Source of the DNA: Phoronis australis
Taxonomy: Eukaryota; Animalia; Phoronida
Length of the DNA: 64,000 nt
NCBI GenBank assembly: GCA_002633005.1
Contig: NMRA01000073.1
Location: 520,150-584,149, forward strand
Direction: 5' to 3'
Shown piece after piece: positions 27,140 through 40,898 of this stretch (position 1 is the stretch's first letter; every line of letters starts with the position of its first letter). The notes under the pieces were generated by a model. That model made no database searches. It was not told the DNA's origin and saw only the letters and a program-made list of their open reading frames with translations. Made by a program: the position numbers and the translations under genes.

Positions 27140-28005
27140 TTTACTAACAGGAAGTTAACTAAGAGCGTGTCACTTGCATCGCCGGTAGTAAGATACTGCC
27201 TATACAGGTGTTGCGTCCTAAAAGACTGTGACCACCAAGAGGAATCGTGGGTAGTAAGATACTATGGAACGTCACTTGCGTCACCTTGTGACGGGTCTTT
27301 TCTGACACGTGACGAGTCATTTTTGACACGCTGACGCAACAATGGTGCTGTCAAACTCGTGTGGATGTTCTTAAAAGAACCAATCAGTGTTAAGGTTTTA
27401 CAGTGTGCTGACTAAGCCAATGAGATCGTCATGTTTTGAGGTGAATGACAAGTACAAAGAGTGTCAATCATATATCGAATTAGTGTTTCAAGAGACAAAT
27501 ACAGAAGTTACAGAACACGGAAGTGTCCCGGAAGTGTGCATTGGATGGCTTCAATGAATTTGTACTATCAACAGGTACTAAGAACGATGATGGAAACGGC
27601 GACGACAATTTCTTTTGATGGTGCATTCCAAGAATTCCTTTCACCAAACGTGTGAACGTAAACTTATCCCTTATTTGTCAAATGCAAAGTGGGATGGCTA
27701 ATGACATTTTAGGCTAGTCAAATATCGGGTCAGCTGGAGCGTAAACTGACTGACATCGCAGCATACGTCATGGCTGACCAAATGACAACGTCTTTTTGGT
27801 CCCACAGTAATGGGGCGGTAACTTGACACATTGGGAAGTACATTTCGAGTCAACTCTGACGCGCTTCGATGACTCGTAACGTGTCAGAAAAGACCCGTCA
27901 CAAGGTCACGCTAGAGGCCTTCCGTAAGATAATACTGCCTACCCGTGTTGCGTCACGAGGGCGTGTCAACGTTGAACGTAGTGGAGCTTTAGCTTCCCGT
28001 AGTTA
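27140..28005. mobile_element. Fold-back MITE-like element
   Basis: caccttgtgacgggtcttttctgacacgtgacgagtcat (~27283) is inverted at ~27869 (atgactcgtaacgtgtcagaaaagacccgtcacaaggt); weaker inverted similarity extends outward. Confidence 0.55.
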
Positions 28006-29786
28006 CCTGAGTGAAGGTAATATGGCATATGGGGTTCAGCATAATTTATCTGTACGTATGCATGAGTGAGGGCATGTGTATGCGTGTATACGTACGCCAC
28101 ATGTGATTAAAACTGTACTATTTTATCAGTAAACAAAACTGCTTGCTTTTTCGTGCTAAAATAATGTTATTACTACTATTGTTTCATTATGTTGCTAAAT
28201 ATAACGAGCGATCGAGTGCGTCAAGTTTGAGCGCCAGCGCGCAATTTTAGGTTGTGGGCTAATCTCATTTGAGTTTTCGCCGATTCTTCAACGCATAAGC
28301 TGGTTCATAACTAGAGAGTTCGGCCACACATTAAATGTGAACGTGACCGCGTGAGGTCGGTATTTTTTGCGTACTATGTCACAATTAATGTTGACCTACA
28401 TTTTCGCGTTCAGTCGTTCACTTCTTCTTTTTTCACATATTTATTATCATTGATAACAGAAACAAACAAACAAGTAAATCTATTCTTTCACGCATGCACA
28501 CCTCAGAAGAGACCTTTCTCGCATCGCTACATGGAGTTAACGTGAACAGCAAAATTTTCCCCATTTCTCAGAGAAACTGTCACAAAAAAATTTTACGCAA
28601 GCCAATTAATTTTTCAGAATTATAGTACTCGCTCGATATGCCGAATTGATTAAACACACGACACTTTTCGAAGTTAACAGTCTTTATTTCGTTTTGTTCA
28701 TATGTTCGGAATGAAACTCTACACTGAACGGAACATTGATGAAGTAACTGACAAAGAGACATGATTAAAATGTACACGATATTTCGAAACATACTTGTTT
28801 CATTCACAGGTGGAAATAAAATGACGCAGTAATGCCACCACAGAGCATAATCTGGAGACATACACAATGGTAAAATGGATTTTGACTAAAAAGTATTCCA
28901 ATGACCATGCGTAATATTCTAAATTGGAATCATCAAATGTTGGGATCCTTCGTAATTTCATAATGCAACGCCTTTTTTCTTCTAATCTAAACTATCTCCT
29001 AATTCTATTTCCGATTTACACACTGACTTAGAAGGTTTCTTGATGTCGTTAAAGATGGAACAAATATGTCTAAAACCCTTCACATCTTTCCGTAGGTGAG
29101 TAATTACTAAAGGCATGCATGGAGAACAGACATTAACACATTTCAATTTACTTTGAAATAGACTTTGCGAGACCTTCTTAGAACAGAAACAACACCATCA
29201 TATTCTACAAAGTTGATTTTTACATCGAACCCGTTTATCATATGGTCTAAACTAACGAAATCGCCATCAGATATTTTGGTTAAATCTTAAGCAATTCACA
29301 AACCAATACTTAGAAAAAAAAAACACTTCTGCCTCCGATCCCCAAGTTACTATTAAAACACAGGTTGATTCAAAAAGTCTTCTTTGCTCGCCACGGTTAT
29401 TGGCTCATAAAAAGTTATCAGGTACAGCCGAAGAAGTCAATTTATACGTCACATTGAGTAAGGATATGGGTCCCCAGTTTTTCAAATAATATTCACCTTT
29501 ATCTGCTCCCACGGTTCTCATACAAAAACAAGAAGAATGAAATTTGAGGTTAATTACATTTCAATAAAGAAACTTGGCTTTATACTGTGCGTCTAGGACC
29601 TGTTGTCAAGAGACCCGCACTGAGCAAGCAGATCACACAAATAAATACACTAAGGTTGCCTGCAGTCCGTGCCAACAAGCAATAGAGCGCACTCTCTTAA
29701 ATAACTCCCCCACGTAGATTGCTCAGCATGAAGCCATGGCACTAAGACCAAAAATAGAACACAGCTATAGGATTGTTCTGAAACCT

Positions 29787-29880
29787 CCTCGACCCCCACA
29801 CCCCTCGACCCACGACCCCCTCGATCTACAAACCTCTCGACCCACGACCCACGATCCAATACCCCGTCGACCCAGTCTAC
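29787..29880. repeat. Degenerate short tandem repeat (CTCGACCC/ACGACCC)
   Basis: About 8 imperfect copies by direct reading. Confidence 0.75.
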
Positions 29881-30115
29881 AAAAGCTCGACTTGATCTGA
29901 ACATGGAACAAGCGCTGAATTCTAGGACCAATGAGTTGGTCCGTGAACTCGACTGGCTTGTCCCTGCTTTTTGCAATTAAGGCACTCGATTCGACAATTT
30001 CGAAAGCCAAAAACAGAAAAGAAACAGCGCGAGCAAATCAAATCAAAACCCTGCCAACCTTACAAATGTCGTTCTCAGCAGAGTGTAAACGTCTCGTCTG
30101 CTCTTCAGGGAATTG

Positions 30116-30678
30116 CTCGCTGGTTCCCTGCGTGCCGCTAGGTGGTAGCCAGCACGCAGGTATCACCGAGTTCCTCGGGAAATTTGTTTACATCGGTGTT
30201 TCTGATTGGCTCGTCGAATTCTCAACAGGCAGCGCTTTACACAAACAAACTTGCATGACTGATGGAGGAAGTGTAAATGTGGTCTCTTGTACAGACAAAT
30301 CGATGCTTAAAATTTATGTTCAGGAAATGTGTATCCCAGAAATTTTGGTTGCGCCTTTCGGAGTGCATCCTTCTACTGTCGATGACTTTTGTTTACGATA
30401 CTGTCCAGCATTCATACAGCATGAATAACACACATGTTAAATCGGCCAGATATGTGCTTATTGTACATGTATGTGCTTCAAGCACGCGGCTATTAAACAT
30501 TACTGCAGAAACGAAATAGTGGCTGCTACGCCAATTGCATGACAAGGCTAAAAATCGTTCATAGTCCGCCATTTTTTCACGTTGTTGTAAAGCTAACCAA
30601 GGTTATATCAACCAATGCTGAAGCGCGTGCTACTGCGTGATACCTGCGTGATGGCTAGGCACGTAGGGAACCAGCAGA
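30116..30678. mobile_element. ~560-bp MITE
   Basis: ctcgctggttccctgcgtgcc...ggcacgtagggaaccagcag terminal inverted repeats. Confidence 0.6.
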
Positions 30679-30689
30679 GTGCGAAGCAT

Positions 30690-31180
30690 GATACCTAATC
30701 CGTAACACTACGATCGCCGCAATTTGGTCGTGTTTACTTTTCATGTTTCGAACCTAGTTTTCCGGAAAAAAACTGATATCCTTTCGTCAGACAACTCTTT
30801 GGTGCATTGACTTGTTCTTTAACTGTATTTTTCTACGTCTCTGTGTTTAATTATTGACACATTTTTTAAGCTTTAATATTCAGGTTGGACTCCAAAGACC
30901 GGCCAATTAACTCACGCAATGTAAATTTCCGCTTTGTCTTATCGCGGTGAGCCTCGCTTCGGATTTTAATGTCCGCCGCGTGAATTAGGTCTATATAACG
31001 CCATCACTTAACTGGGCGCAAGTGTAACCTCTGGTTAGGCACATGTTTGCGTTCAACGTGTAACCGAAGTCACATTAATTTTACGCTCGCGTTTAACGTG
31101 TAGCCGAAGCTATGTACTAACAGCTCACAGCAGGTTTATAAACCTACTGTGGCCCTAAAAGGCCACAGTAGGTGCTTGTG
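30690..31180 (+). mobile_element. Dispersed repeat ending in a hairpin plus CTTGT (Helentron/HINE-like end); second copy of its 5' part at 47570-47866
   Basis: Terminal stem-loop cctactgtggcc-ctaaaa-ggccacagtagg followed by tgcttgt; ~300 bp shared with 47.6 kb. Confidence 0.55.
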
Positions 31181-33174
31181 TAGCTCCCCTAAAATGAAGG
31201 AAATGGGGAGGGTCGGGTTTGACGGCAGTTTTGTGTACTAAATGGGAAGTGATTGCCACGAATTGCATTCAGTAGTTCCTTGCAGTTGTTTTGAGGAAAT
31301 TGAGTCCAGAAATTTGGCCTGCGCTGTTGTCTACCAGGATTTCGGAAGTGCCGCCATTTTGAGATCACATCCTTATTGAGTCTTGATATCTTGGCGCGAA
31401 TCCAGGTACCACTCAGACAAGTGGAAATTGTCAAAAATCTGGTTGATAATGACATATTTAACCTAAATCTTTAGAACCTACAGTAAAAGAGCATTCGGAT
31501 GATGGTCTCTTTTCTTGCACCAGAGCAGTCGTGAATTTGTGGTTTTAGGTTAAAATAGTGACCAAAAATCGCACCTTTTGGTCATTTTTTGCATCTCGAT
31601 TTTTTTCACGGTGGATGTAACAAGGTAAAAAGACACATCTTTGTTAAATTTCTCCATTTCTGAGAAACCCCACAGAGTTTCCTTTCTATCTGTTATAACT
31701 TTTTTCAGTTGTCCCAGAGCGCTGTGCAAACAAGAGCTTTGATTAACCCAGGGCAAGTCAAAATCAGCCTAGGGTTCTATAGTCTTAGTCCATACGTAAC
31801 CGGACTTGTCATCGTCTTGCAACCGGTTTTTAGTATTTTTTTACCAGCAAACTGGGGTTCGGAACAAATTTTCCTTAGGCGAAGTTGTCACTATCTAACG
31901 AAAGTTATCAACAGGAAAAACCAAGCTCATGGCGCATGCCCTTTTTACGTGCGTATTGTCTTTAAGTCAAAAACGTACCTGTCTTTGCAGTAAAATTGGG
32001 ATTGTAATGCCGTAAAAGACCGTTGATTAGATTATATTTCTCCCTGACCCCAATCTGTTACACTTATTTTTTCTAGAACATTATGATAAAATAAAACCAC
32101 ATGCAGCCACATCTTTGAAAACGTTTTTTTGTTTGTTTGTTCATCTTTTGGGGTAGAACTCCTTATTTTGTGTTTCTCTAGCGTCTATTAAGGCGGTTAT
32201 AAACTCGCTTCGATAAAAAAAAAACGATTTAGACCATTTACTGTTATGAAATTATCGTCAAAACGTTCCCAAATTGTTCCTATGTCAAAACGCAGGTTTC
32301 AGTGACTTCAGAGCTTTAAAGGAACCGAGCTCTAGCTGTGAAATTTCAAGTCACGCAGTGATTTGAAATTTTGAGAACGCCGTCAGAAGAAATAACTCCA
32401 GTTATTTCCTTCAAAGAACAGCATGAAAAGAACAATTCTAAAACGATAAAGGCCTAAATCAAAACTTGGCTTCTTACGATTTAAAGCCCAGATTTAATAA
32501 CCCTTTAACTAGCGCTGCTCAGTGGATCCTATTGTAAATCCAGTTACAGAACAGGGTTGTATTTACGGATACAATCAGGAATATCGACGTCCCATTTATG
32601 AAAGTTCAAACACACCGCACTCTTTTTGGTGGTGCCGTCTGGGTAATTGTAGTCAGTATTGCATGTGAACGTCTGCTTTGAAAACCCAATAACTTGGTAA
32701 TTTTAAGTGTTAACTTGGGCAATTTATTTGGGGGTAACCATTACCAGAGTAGTACGTTGTTTCCTGATGTCATGCCTAAACTTTAAAATCACGCAAAGTT
32801 ATGCCGGGCAAAGTGAGCTTGTGACTAACTGCCGTCACGTGGTTCAATAGAGCCGTCTACGGTCATTGACATCGCAGATTTTTCGAAAATAAAAGCAAAA
32901 AAAACAAAAAAAACAACAACATGCACTTAAGAAAATCGAACATGTTTAATTTATAAAAAGACTCCGAACAACTGTTGAATTGTTGTCTGAGATAAAATTA
33001 GTGTAATTAAAGAGTGTAGTACAGCAAATTCCTTGGTGCAATTCTATTGAACTTTGGGGATTTCATTCATGCTTCATTGTCTCTTTAATGCACTTATTAC
33101 GTGTCATGTACCGTACGACTGTCGGTCGACAATTTTCAATGTATTTTAACCCTTTGGAAAAATCATATTGATTT

Positions 33175-33730
33175 AATAAATAGAGAATCCTACACTCGTC
33201 TCAGATTTATGACGTGGGCAAAAACCTCTGGGAAATTTCGTCAAAATCCTTCGGCGGATTTGTTTTCTCACATGAACCGTCAAAACGATCGTCCTGCCGA
33301 AAAACTCGACGTATCGAATACTTTCGACCACACGGCGCAACTTTAGTAAAACACACTTGCGCAAAGTAAAGTAATTCAGTTACTTTTTGTTAATAGTTTT
33401 ATTTTAAGCTTAACGATAGTAAATTACATTCAGCTTTCGTAACACATATTCAAGTTAGAATTTAATAAATAGTCTTTGAAGTTGTAATATTAAAACTTTA
33501 AATTTTTATAAATAACAGTCAGCAAGGCTTCCCCGCGCCTGAGCACTGAATTGTCCTTGAGACAGCACAGGTAGACAGTCTCTCTGAAGTAGGGGATCGT
33601 CTCCGTTTGAATGAACGTGGATATGGAATTCGCCACCGAAGATTGCTCCGGATATAATGGTAACTGCGCTCATGCAAAGTCTGGGCAAATCTCTCTTGAA
33701 AGCCAACAACTTTGCTCAGTTCGCCAGAAG
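33175..33730 (+). repeat. Dispersed repeat, inverted relative to 59330-59912
   Basis: tagagaatcctacactcgtctcag...aaacacacttgcgcaaagtaaagtaattcagttactttttgttaatag matches the reverse complement at 59.4-59.9 kb. Confidence 0.8.
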
Positions 33731-34779
33731 ACCCCAAGTTCTAAATAATCCTCGTTTGAGCGAGCGCTGTGGCCAGGTAGGCCTAAGGCGCAACGCTGTA
33801 TATTAACGAGCTGTAATAGTCGATCTTCATATTGGTAGCTGGCAGGGCTGCCGCGGCAGTGTGACACAGGACTAACCAGCCCATAATTGTATGCAAGTGT
33901 CTGAAACTACCTTTGTATGCATACTGCACTTATGATTTGAACATTTTACTTCGACAAAACAGCTTGCAAGCGCATGCCTTTACCGTTCGCCAGTGTCTGG
34001 TCTCGGTTCTCAAGGGGTCCGATCAGCTGCGAGCCCCGAGTCCGGCAAAATAATTTCTGTCAAAATTTATTCGCCACTTTTCGTCAATTATCCGTATTTT
34101 GATTTTAGTAACGTTAAGGTGCGCTGTCGATTATTTTATCCCCGTTTGCAGGCCGGTAACAGACACTGCGGTCGCACATACGGCGTATCGATTAAGCCTG
34201 GGTTCCTGAATGAATTGTACTTCCGGTTCGTGGTAAGATCAAAATGGCGGTGTGTTCTTCAAGCGCGCGTTCACTAGCTAAAACCTAGTCAAAGTCACGT
34301 GTTCTCATTTAAAATGCACGGCAATATCTCATGTAATCTCGGGAAGACTTGCTTTTTAGCGAGGTCCTAGCGTCACTGAACGGGAGGCAGGTCTTAATCG
34401 TGAGTGGCGCGTTTATTCAAACTTTATTCGATTGCGGATTGTGTATTAGTTATGGGGTAGGCACTTCTTGGATCCTTATAACATCCTCTAACCATGTAAT
34501 AAGAGCTAACAACGTGTGCTTCTTGGACTTTAAATTACGCCGCAAATTATTACTTTACGCTGCAAATAATTACTTTACGCCGTTAAATTACGCCGCAAAT
34601 AACTAATTTACGCCACTAATAAGAATTAATTTGCGCACGTAATTTCACGACGACACTTTCCCCCCAATGGCCCATTATAGTGTCCCCTCTATCGTCGGCA
34701 TTCCTGTCCTGCTGGTGGACGAAAGGTGTGTCGTCCTGTTTTCGGTGCTTCGGAAGTCCGTCTGCCGTTTCTCTTAGAA

Positions 34780-36472
34780 GAGGTGCCTAGTACAATTTTT
34801 CCTTCAATTGGTAGGAACTTGGCTCAAGAATTCTCTGATGTGCATCAGCCAAATGATTTTAACCTATTTCTCTTCAAAGCGTTAAGTTTTGTGAAATCAC
34901 TAAGGACTTCACAGCTTACTAAACTTAACGTAAACCAGTCGACTGGCATGGACGAGATTCCATCTAAATTACTGAAATTCACGGGACCGTTGACCTGTAA
35001 ATCACATTTATTTTCAACAAATCGTTGGAAACTCAGTTCACACTAGCCGCATTGAAGAAGGCCAAATATTTTTAAGGAAGGCGATAGAAATATTGTAAAC
35101 AATTATTGTCCAATCTCAGTACTCTTATTTAAAGTGAAACAATCTTTTATGCGATGAACAGCAGGGTTTTCGCCCCGAGCACTCAACAGCTACTCCTCTT
35201 CTTGATATATCTGAGTACTTACTTGACAATATGGACAATGGTAAAGTTACTTACTAGTGAAATCTTTCTTGACCTGAAGAAAGCTTTCGATACTGTTAAC
35301 CACAATAGATTGCCGTTAAAACTTTCAAGCTGTGGTGTAGGCGACGCCGAACTCGATTGGTTCAGTAATTATTTAAGTAATCGGAATCGAGTCATCATTG
35401 TGAATGGAGCGTTATCAACACCACTTGACGTGACCTGTGGTGTCCCCCAGGGGTCCATACTGGGCCCATTGTTATTTTGTGTATGATTTACCCACGTCAG
35501 TGAAACAATGACACGGAATGTTGATAAAACCAATGTTATGACTATTGGTAGCAGACTGAGGGTGGCTGTGTTGCCATTACTATTAACGGCTCCCAGCTGG
35601 CAAGAATTGAGAAATATAAATATCTGGGTGTTATGATTGGTAATAATTTATCATGGGACGAGCATATAGAGTATGTGTGCATAAAATTTTCTCAGCGGAT
35701 TGGGCTTTTGCACACAGTCAGGAGCTATGTCGATCAGGCTACTCTTCAGACTCTGTACAGGAGTCTAATTGTACCACACTTTGATTACTGTGATGTTGTA
35801 TGGGGTAATTGTGCATCATACCTTCACGATATACTTCAAAAATTGCAAAACAAGGCTGGGAGGCTGATACTCAACTATATTGGCCTTCATAGCGACTTTA
35901 CTATATCTGACCTCCTCGATAAACTTTGTTAGTACAGCCTGTTTAGCAGGCGTGCCTTTTATTTAAACTTTATGGTGTACAAAGCCAAACATAGCGTCGC
36001 ACCTAGTGACCTTACTGCTAAATTTAAGGCAGTCAGAGATTCTCACAATTACAATAATAGAGTGAGTGTTTCTGGCTGCCTGGTACCACATAAACCTGAA
36101 AACAACTTTGGAAAAAGAATTTTTGCCTACAGAAGTGCTGTCACTTACAACGGATTGGGGACTGCCGTCTCGAACGCGCCCGGTGTCCACGTCTTCAAAC
36201 AGAATTACTGGGACTTTGTGCGTGGTTCGGGACTGTAGGCCTCAGATCATCATTATTTTATCATTATTTTACTCTATTTTATCTTATTTATTCATCTTAT
36301 TGTTCAACTATTTTATACTAATTGATGTTATTTATTAATCTTTTCAATGTAATTGTACATAGCTGTCTGTATTTTACTTCGTGTAATTAATTCCGACTGG
36401 GCCCACTTCAAAATCAGTGTATTCTAGAAGTGATCACCCAGTCTTTTAAAGAAGCCTAAATAAATAAATGAA
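34780..36472 (+). mobile_element. Decayed CR1/L2-group LINE (reverse transcriptase and 3' end)
   Basis: STGMDEIPSKLLK, FLDLKKAFDTVNH, GVPQGSILGPLLF, KYLGV, HFDYCDVVWG and LQKLQNKAGRLI; (taaa)n tail. Confidence 0.92.
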
Positions 36473-36898
36473 TATTGTTCCTGTTTCAATTATACGCCTT
36501 GTTTATGATGCGTTTGAAACGTGCGGTCACTAATTATTGACAAGGTGCCCGAAGTCGTATACCAAAAATTGCGGGTTTCTAGTGTGCTAATTCCCACCCC
36601 CTTTTGCGGAGTAGATTTGTTCTGCCTCACCCCCACTTGAGGGGTTGAAGCCAATGCTGTGGGCCTGATGAGTGGACGGAATGTGTATCTAGGGACCAAT
36701 TGGACCCCGCACCGGTCACACAAAACTTATTGAAAAAGTACCGCCTACCCGCAATTTTCGGTACACGCATGCGCAACTGCACTGTTATTTTTAATACCAG
36801 CCAGACCCAGTGAAGCCGAAGGTAAGTGGAGTCGAACACAGCTTTGGGTATTGTAAGTGGTACACAACAATGCATATATCTGAGGTATTGCCCTGTTA

Positions 36899-37150
36899 CA
36901 TGCGTGCACCCAGTCTAAAATTGGGGTCTCGAATTTTTGAAATGTGGACCTTCTATTAAGATTTACGGGGTACATTCAGAGCCATGAATTGTGCATTCAA
37001 AGTTTGGTAGCTCCTGCCTTTTCAGTGGCCTTTGTCTCGTTTTTTACTATTTTCGTAGTTTTTGTTTCTCTGAGGCGGACCTTCTTGTCCTACTTCGCCA
37101 AATGAGGGTCTCTTTTGAGCCCCCCCCTAGCGCCCCTAGATGCGCGCATG
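36899..37150 (-). mobile_element. MITE family A, full length, 5-bp TSD tgtta
   Basis: tgtta|catgcgtgcacccag...tagatgcgcgcatg|tgtta. Confidence 0.85.
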
Positions 37151-38656
37151 TGTTATAGCTACTTGTACCACAGCAATACGGAAAACACCTGGTTGAAAAA
37201 ATACAGTTAAATCATTAGCCAAAACTCGTAAGCTTTTGATCGAAGCACAGACTGGATAAATGTAAAATGCAGTGCGGGACTATCTACCCACTTTAAAAAC
37301 TGACAGCAGCTTAGGTGATTAGAACAAATCCCATTTCTCAAGAGACTGCATTGGACACGTATAACAGCAAGCGATAGGCCAAAACAAAAGTTATAATTGA
37401 TGTAAAACCTTTCCCAAAATTAGCACCAGCTAGTCGCCACAAAGAATCTTACCAGTACAGTGTGGTACAGTAACGTTCCATGTTCCTTGTGTGAGACACT
37501 TAGTTTGCTTCTTCAATGTTCCATCAGGGAAAGCAAAGCCTCTTTGACACGTATGTGTAACTATCATTCCCTGTTTTACTTCATGCACCGAGTCAGATAC
37601 GCTATTGAGAACCTGCTGCAGTATACAACTTCCAGCTGTAAAATGTGCATGATATAGTCAGCAGACCGCCAAAACTCAAATGGGTGCCGAAAACATTCCA
37701 TATAAAGTGAGAGCACGAAAGCGTGATTCTCTTGCCAAAGCCAATAACAAGGGGTAAATACTTTTTCGATAATCCTGATCGTACCTTTTTTGTGGCAGTG
37801 ATTTGGGAACTAATTTGACACCAGCAAACAGGAAAAGGGCAAAAAACCTGGAAAGCGCGAATGGGATTCCTCTCTCACCCCTCAGTAACTCACAGCGTGC
37901 AAGAGAGAAAGAGTTCACTGGCACGAACGGCAACAGTTCTTTCATTCTCGGAAATTTCGAGACCTTTAGCATTTTTTGTGAATCCGTTTGAATAATCCAG
38001 CACAGAATTTGAGGGCATGACAGCCCAAACAGTGTTGAATTAAAGCACAGAACTCTAAATCTGGAATGCCAACTCCCTCACGTAACCTGTGTATTCTTTT
38101 GTTAGAGTTTGAGACCACGAGATTTCACGCGAGAGTTTGCGCTGTGACTTTCCGGTTGTCTGCTTGACAGAATTTTGTTCGGATGTTGTAAAGCATAATT
38201 TAATTGCTTCATTTCCATTTTGTCATTTTTGTTCATCAGCCGAGACTCTTGAGGTACGGTTACAGACAACCTACGAGTTTTCGGCAAAATTAGTCAACAA
38301 GCCCGTCGATCACGCTGGTCATTCTTTATACATACCGACTTGCGGTCCTGGCAGGATGCCAGGAATAGTCTGGACGCTGATATCTTCAGCTCAAGTCTTA
38401 GAACCAGTTTCAATAACATGTCAAACTGCATGTTAGCGGTTTTTCGACGAGACATTTTTTGGCTGTTAAAATTATGCTACAGTACGGTATGGAAAGAAAT
38501 GGCAATTGGTTTCTGCGTGTTTATTTTGAAATTGTAAATGAAAGGTTTAATCTCTATTAACAGATGTGTTTAAGCAACCATTAAATACTAAGTAAGTCTT
38601 GAAACCTACTATTGTATATGTATACATACGCTCAATCACATGCACATAGACATATA

Positions 38657-39150
38657 TGTCCCAGAAACTGAGCCAATATTTGACAAGTACTTTCTCAAAA
38701 ATTGACCAACCGAATTCGTTGAAAATTTTTCAGTGTATCTTCAGGGGGTCATCAACTAATTTTGAAAGTATCTCAGAGAAGTATCAAAAACTACAGGAAG
38801 TACTGTGGAATTCAATACAGCAGGGTGAAAAATACAACATCACTGTGACTTTCATCGTGGAAAGCAGGCGACTTTATCATGAAAACAATTACGTGTTTCA
38901 GCAAGATGGGGCTCCTTCACACAGGCTCATCTGGAGCAGACCACACCCAAATTCATTAAATAGGATGAGCTGCCTGCGCTCAGTCCTGACTGCAATCCAA
39001 TGGACTATGGCATATGGGACTTCCTGTTATTTTTTGAAAGGTGTTTTTAATTGACAAAACTAGCACAATTGGACACAGATCTCTTTGATAATTTGTTGAT
39101 GATATCCTAAACCTTACCGGTAAGACAGTGGCTCAGTTTTTTGGGACACC
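38657..39150 (+). mobile_element. Internally deleted Tc1/mariner-superfamily element (DDxD type)
   Basis: TIRs tgtcccagaaactgagcca / tggctcagttttttgggaca; transposase motifs FQQDGAPSH and, after a frameshift, SPDCNPMDYGIW. Confidence 0.85.
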
Positions 39151-39532
39151 TAATATACTATATAGCGTGTTCGTAATTTCGAATATCGAATGACATCACA
39201 CCCGGTTACAACTTACTGACGTGAAAGGGGCCTAATGATTTAGCGTCCATCCATACCCAATCATTCTCCGATTTTCCAACTGTAGCAACGCACCTACAAA
39301 ATATAGGCCCAGTAGTGAACAAACGCGTATTGCGTGAAAGTGCTCATTAGTGAGCTTCGAATACCGCAGTGATGTGACCGTTGTGCCCTTTTATGCATAC
39401 AAGGAAACGCCATACAGGTATCGGACAATTGAAAATCGTCCTGTTTCCAGGAGAAAAAGTGCTCAGTACCATCACGCGCAAATGTACAGTGGCTGTAAAA
39501 GGACATCACGGCAACTTTTTTCCTCCGATGCT

Positions 39533-39870
39533 AACTCTATCGATAGACTTATTAACTTAGACTTACCATCTCTATCGATAGTCTTATTAACTCTGTCGAT
39601 AGACTTAATATCTCTATCGATAGGCTTATTAGCACAATCAATAGACTTGCTATGTCTATAGATAGACTCTATCGATAGACTTACTATCTCTATCGATATA
39701 CTTACTATCTCTATCGATAGACTTACCGCCTCTAGCGATAGACTTATTAACTCTATCGATAGACTTAGTATCTCTATCGATAGACTTACTATCCCTATCG
39801 ATAGACTTACTATCTCTATTGATAGACTTACTATCTCTATCGATAGACTTGGTAACTCTATCGATATATA
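39533..39870 (+). repeat. 21-bp minisatellite array 1 (CTATCGATAGACTTA[CT/TT]A[T/A]CT), ~16 units
   Basis: Direct reading; palindromic core CTATCGATAG. Confidence 0.95.
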
Positions 39871-40681
39871 CTGGGGAACCCAATGGTCGTCCGCCTAAGC
39901 ATAAAACCGACTTGCTGTTGTACTCACCGAATTATTCCACTTCAAAGTTATGATCTGAATAGGATTCGATTTAACTCTCACAGATATACCGCATTCATCG
40001 ATTCGGAAGTTTTCTTTAATTTGTGCCGAGTTATTTCAAATGTGCACTGCCTTCGGCAGCCATTTTATTGTGACACCTAAGTTCGTCATATGCTGCCCCC
40101 TTTTGTAAAAACTGAGAAACATGCAGAAAAAGGCCAACGAAGTAATGAAAATTGCAACAGCCTGTTTTTATTGACATAAACTCGATTTGAAGCTTTGATG
40201 TTGAGCTCTGCACTGTGGTTTCCAATAAAAGCCAATTGGACAACATTTCAATGCAGTTTAATGGTGAATGCGTGAGGCAAAAATGTTAAGAACCCAGCGT
40301 ACCGCATTTGTCTGCGGATTTTTCCTTTGGCCTTCTAGATCCTACTAGTGCCTGGGAAAAACAGATACATTGCATAAACAAACCCTGGATCATGTTTTGT
40401 GTCCCGTCGGAATAAAATTTAAATTCGAAAACATCTTCTGAAAACGCACAAAAAAGTGTATTAGTAAAATCTACTGATTTTTAAGTGGTTTTTAAAAAAC
40501 AATCGGTAAACTCACCGATTTTTGTCTCATTACTTTGATACGTGTCTCTTCCGATAAGTTAGTACCTAACGTGCACACGAGCACTCCAAATTGGAACGCT
40601 AAGTCCCGCGTGGTTGCGCTGCACGCGAAACAAGATGGCGGACGACCTTTGGAGCCTGACGACAATAGGTAACCGGACTAT

Positions 40682-40898
40682 ACTTATTAACTCTATCGAT
40701 AGATTTTCTATCTCTATCGATAGACTTACTATCTCTATCGATAGACTTACCACCTCTATCAATAGACTTATTAACTCTATCGATAGACTTAGTATCTCTA
40801 TCGATAGACTTACTATCTCTATGGATAGATTTACTATCTCTGTCGATAGACTTACTATCTCTATCGGTAGACTTATTAACTTACTAATTCTATCGATG
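40682..40898 (+). repeat. 21-bp minisatellite array 2, ~10 units
   Basis: Same unit and orientation as array 1. Confidence 0.95.
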
